Shown: in pieces, positions 23,920 through 24,199 of the stretch
How positions within the stretch are numbered: the stretch's first letter is position 1
Layout: the number at the start of each line of letters is the position of its first letter
NCBI GenBank assembly: GCA_038230375.1
Contig: JBBRNJ010000111.1
Coordinates: 1 to 24,199, forward strand
From: Polyangiales bacterium
Lineage (GTDB): Bacteria; Myxococcota_A; Polyangia; Polyangiales; Polyangiaceae
DNA length: 24,199 bases
Direction of reading: 5' to 3'
Position numbers and translations under genes: made by a program
The notes under the pieces: generated by a model
The model's database searches: none
Seen by the model: only the letters and a program-made list of their open reading frames with translations
What the model was told of the DNA's origin: nothing

Positions 23920-24199
23920 ATGTACATCCGAGCGCTCTCTCTGACCTTCGTCGCCGCGTTCATCTTTGCCGCGTGCGGCGGGTCTTCGGGCTCCACATCG
24001 AGCGACATCCCGTGCAGCGGTGCGTGCTCGTGTACTGGCAGCAGCTGCACGTGTCAGTCCGGCGGTACGTGTACGATCGGCGGTGCGAGCGGCACCACGA
24101 GCAGCGGTGGGGACGGCGGTGGTGCGGACGGTGGTTCGTCCTCTGCGCCCAACAACGCAAACTACGACTGCGGCTCCAAGAACACGTGCAACACGGACT
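23920..24199 (+). CDS. Cys-rich lipoprotein, 3'-truncated by the window (absent from the ORF track)
   Basis: ATG 23920 translates MYIRALSLTFVAAFIFAACGGSSGSTSSDIPCSGACSCTGSSCTCQSGGTCTIGG...YDCGSKNTCNTD; lipobox FAAC; frame open to the window end. Confidence 0.82.
   Translation, partial: MYIRALSLTFVAAFIFAACGGSSGSTSSDIPCSGACSCTGSSCTCQSGGTCTIGGASGTTSSGGDGGGADGGSSSAPNNANYDCGSKNTCNTD

Overview
High-GC, gene-dense chromosomal window that looks myxobacterial (Polyangiaceae/Labilithrix-like; inferred from the Cys-rich lipoproteins, Hanks-type kinases and VWA lipoprotein). I support 19 CDSs, two of them truncated by the window edges, and see no RNA genes, CRISPR array or mobile-element genes. Gene order: metallophosphoesterase fragment; VWA lipoprotein; membrane pseudokinase; a minus-strand WXXGXW lipoprotein / secreted transglutaminase-like / CoxE-like VWA operon; a plus-strand run of radical SAM fusion protein, UDPGP-family uridylyltransferase, DUF2505-like protein, beta-barrel-SppA fusion and a charge-bipolar hypothetical; a minus-strand run of Shelph-like phosphoesterase, FAD oxidoreductase, membrane-anchored hypothetical, trxA, kinase-propeller and membrane phosphoesterase; aldehyde dehydrogenase; and a partial Cys-rich lipoprotein missed by the ORF track. 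Most unusual signals: (1) the same ACYTCG/ACACCG hexamer array sits in frame, as Thr-Ser/Thr-Pro tracts, inside two unrelated enzymes 8 kb apart; (2) a radical SAM enzyme is fused to a large unknown domain starting with a 'WQGFSGNNSG' motif; (3) SppA is fused behind a FadL/PorV-like outer-membrane barrel; (4) a transmembrane kinase has lost DFG and the alphaC Glu. All family assignments come from reading motifs by eye; no searches were run.
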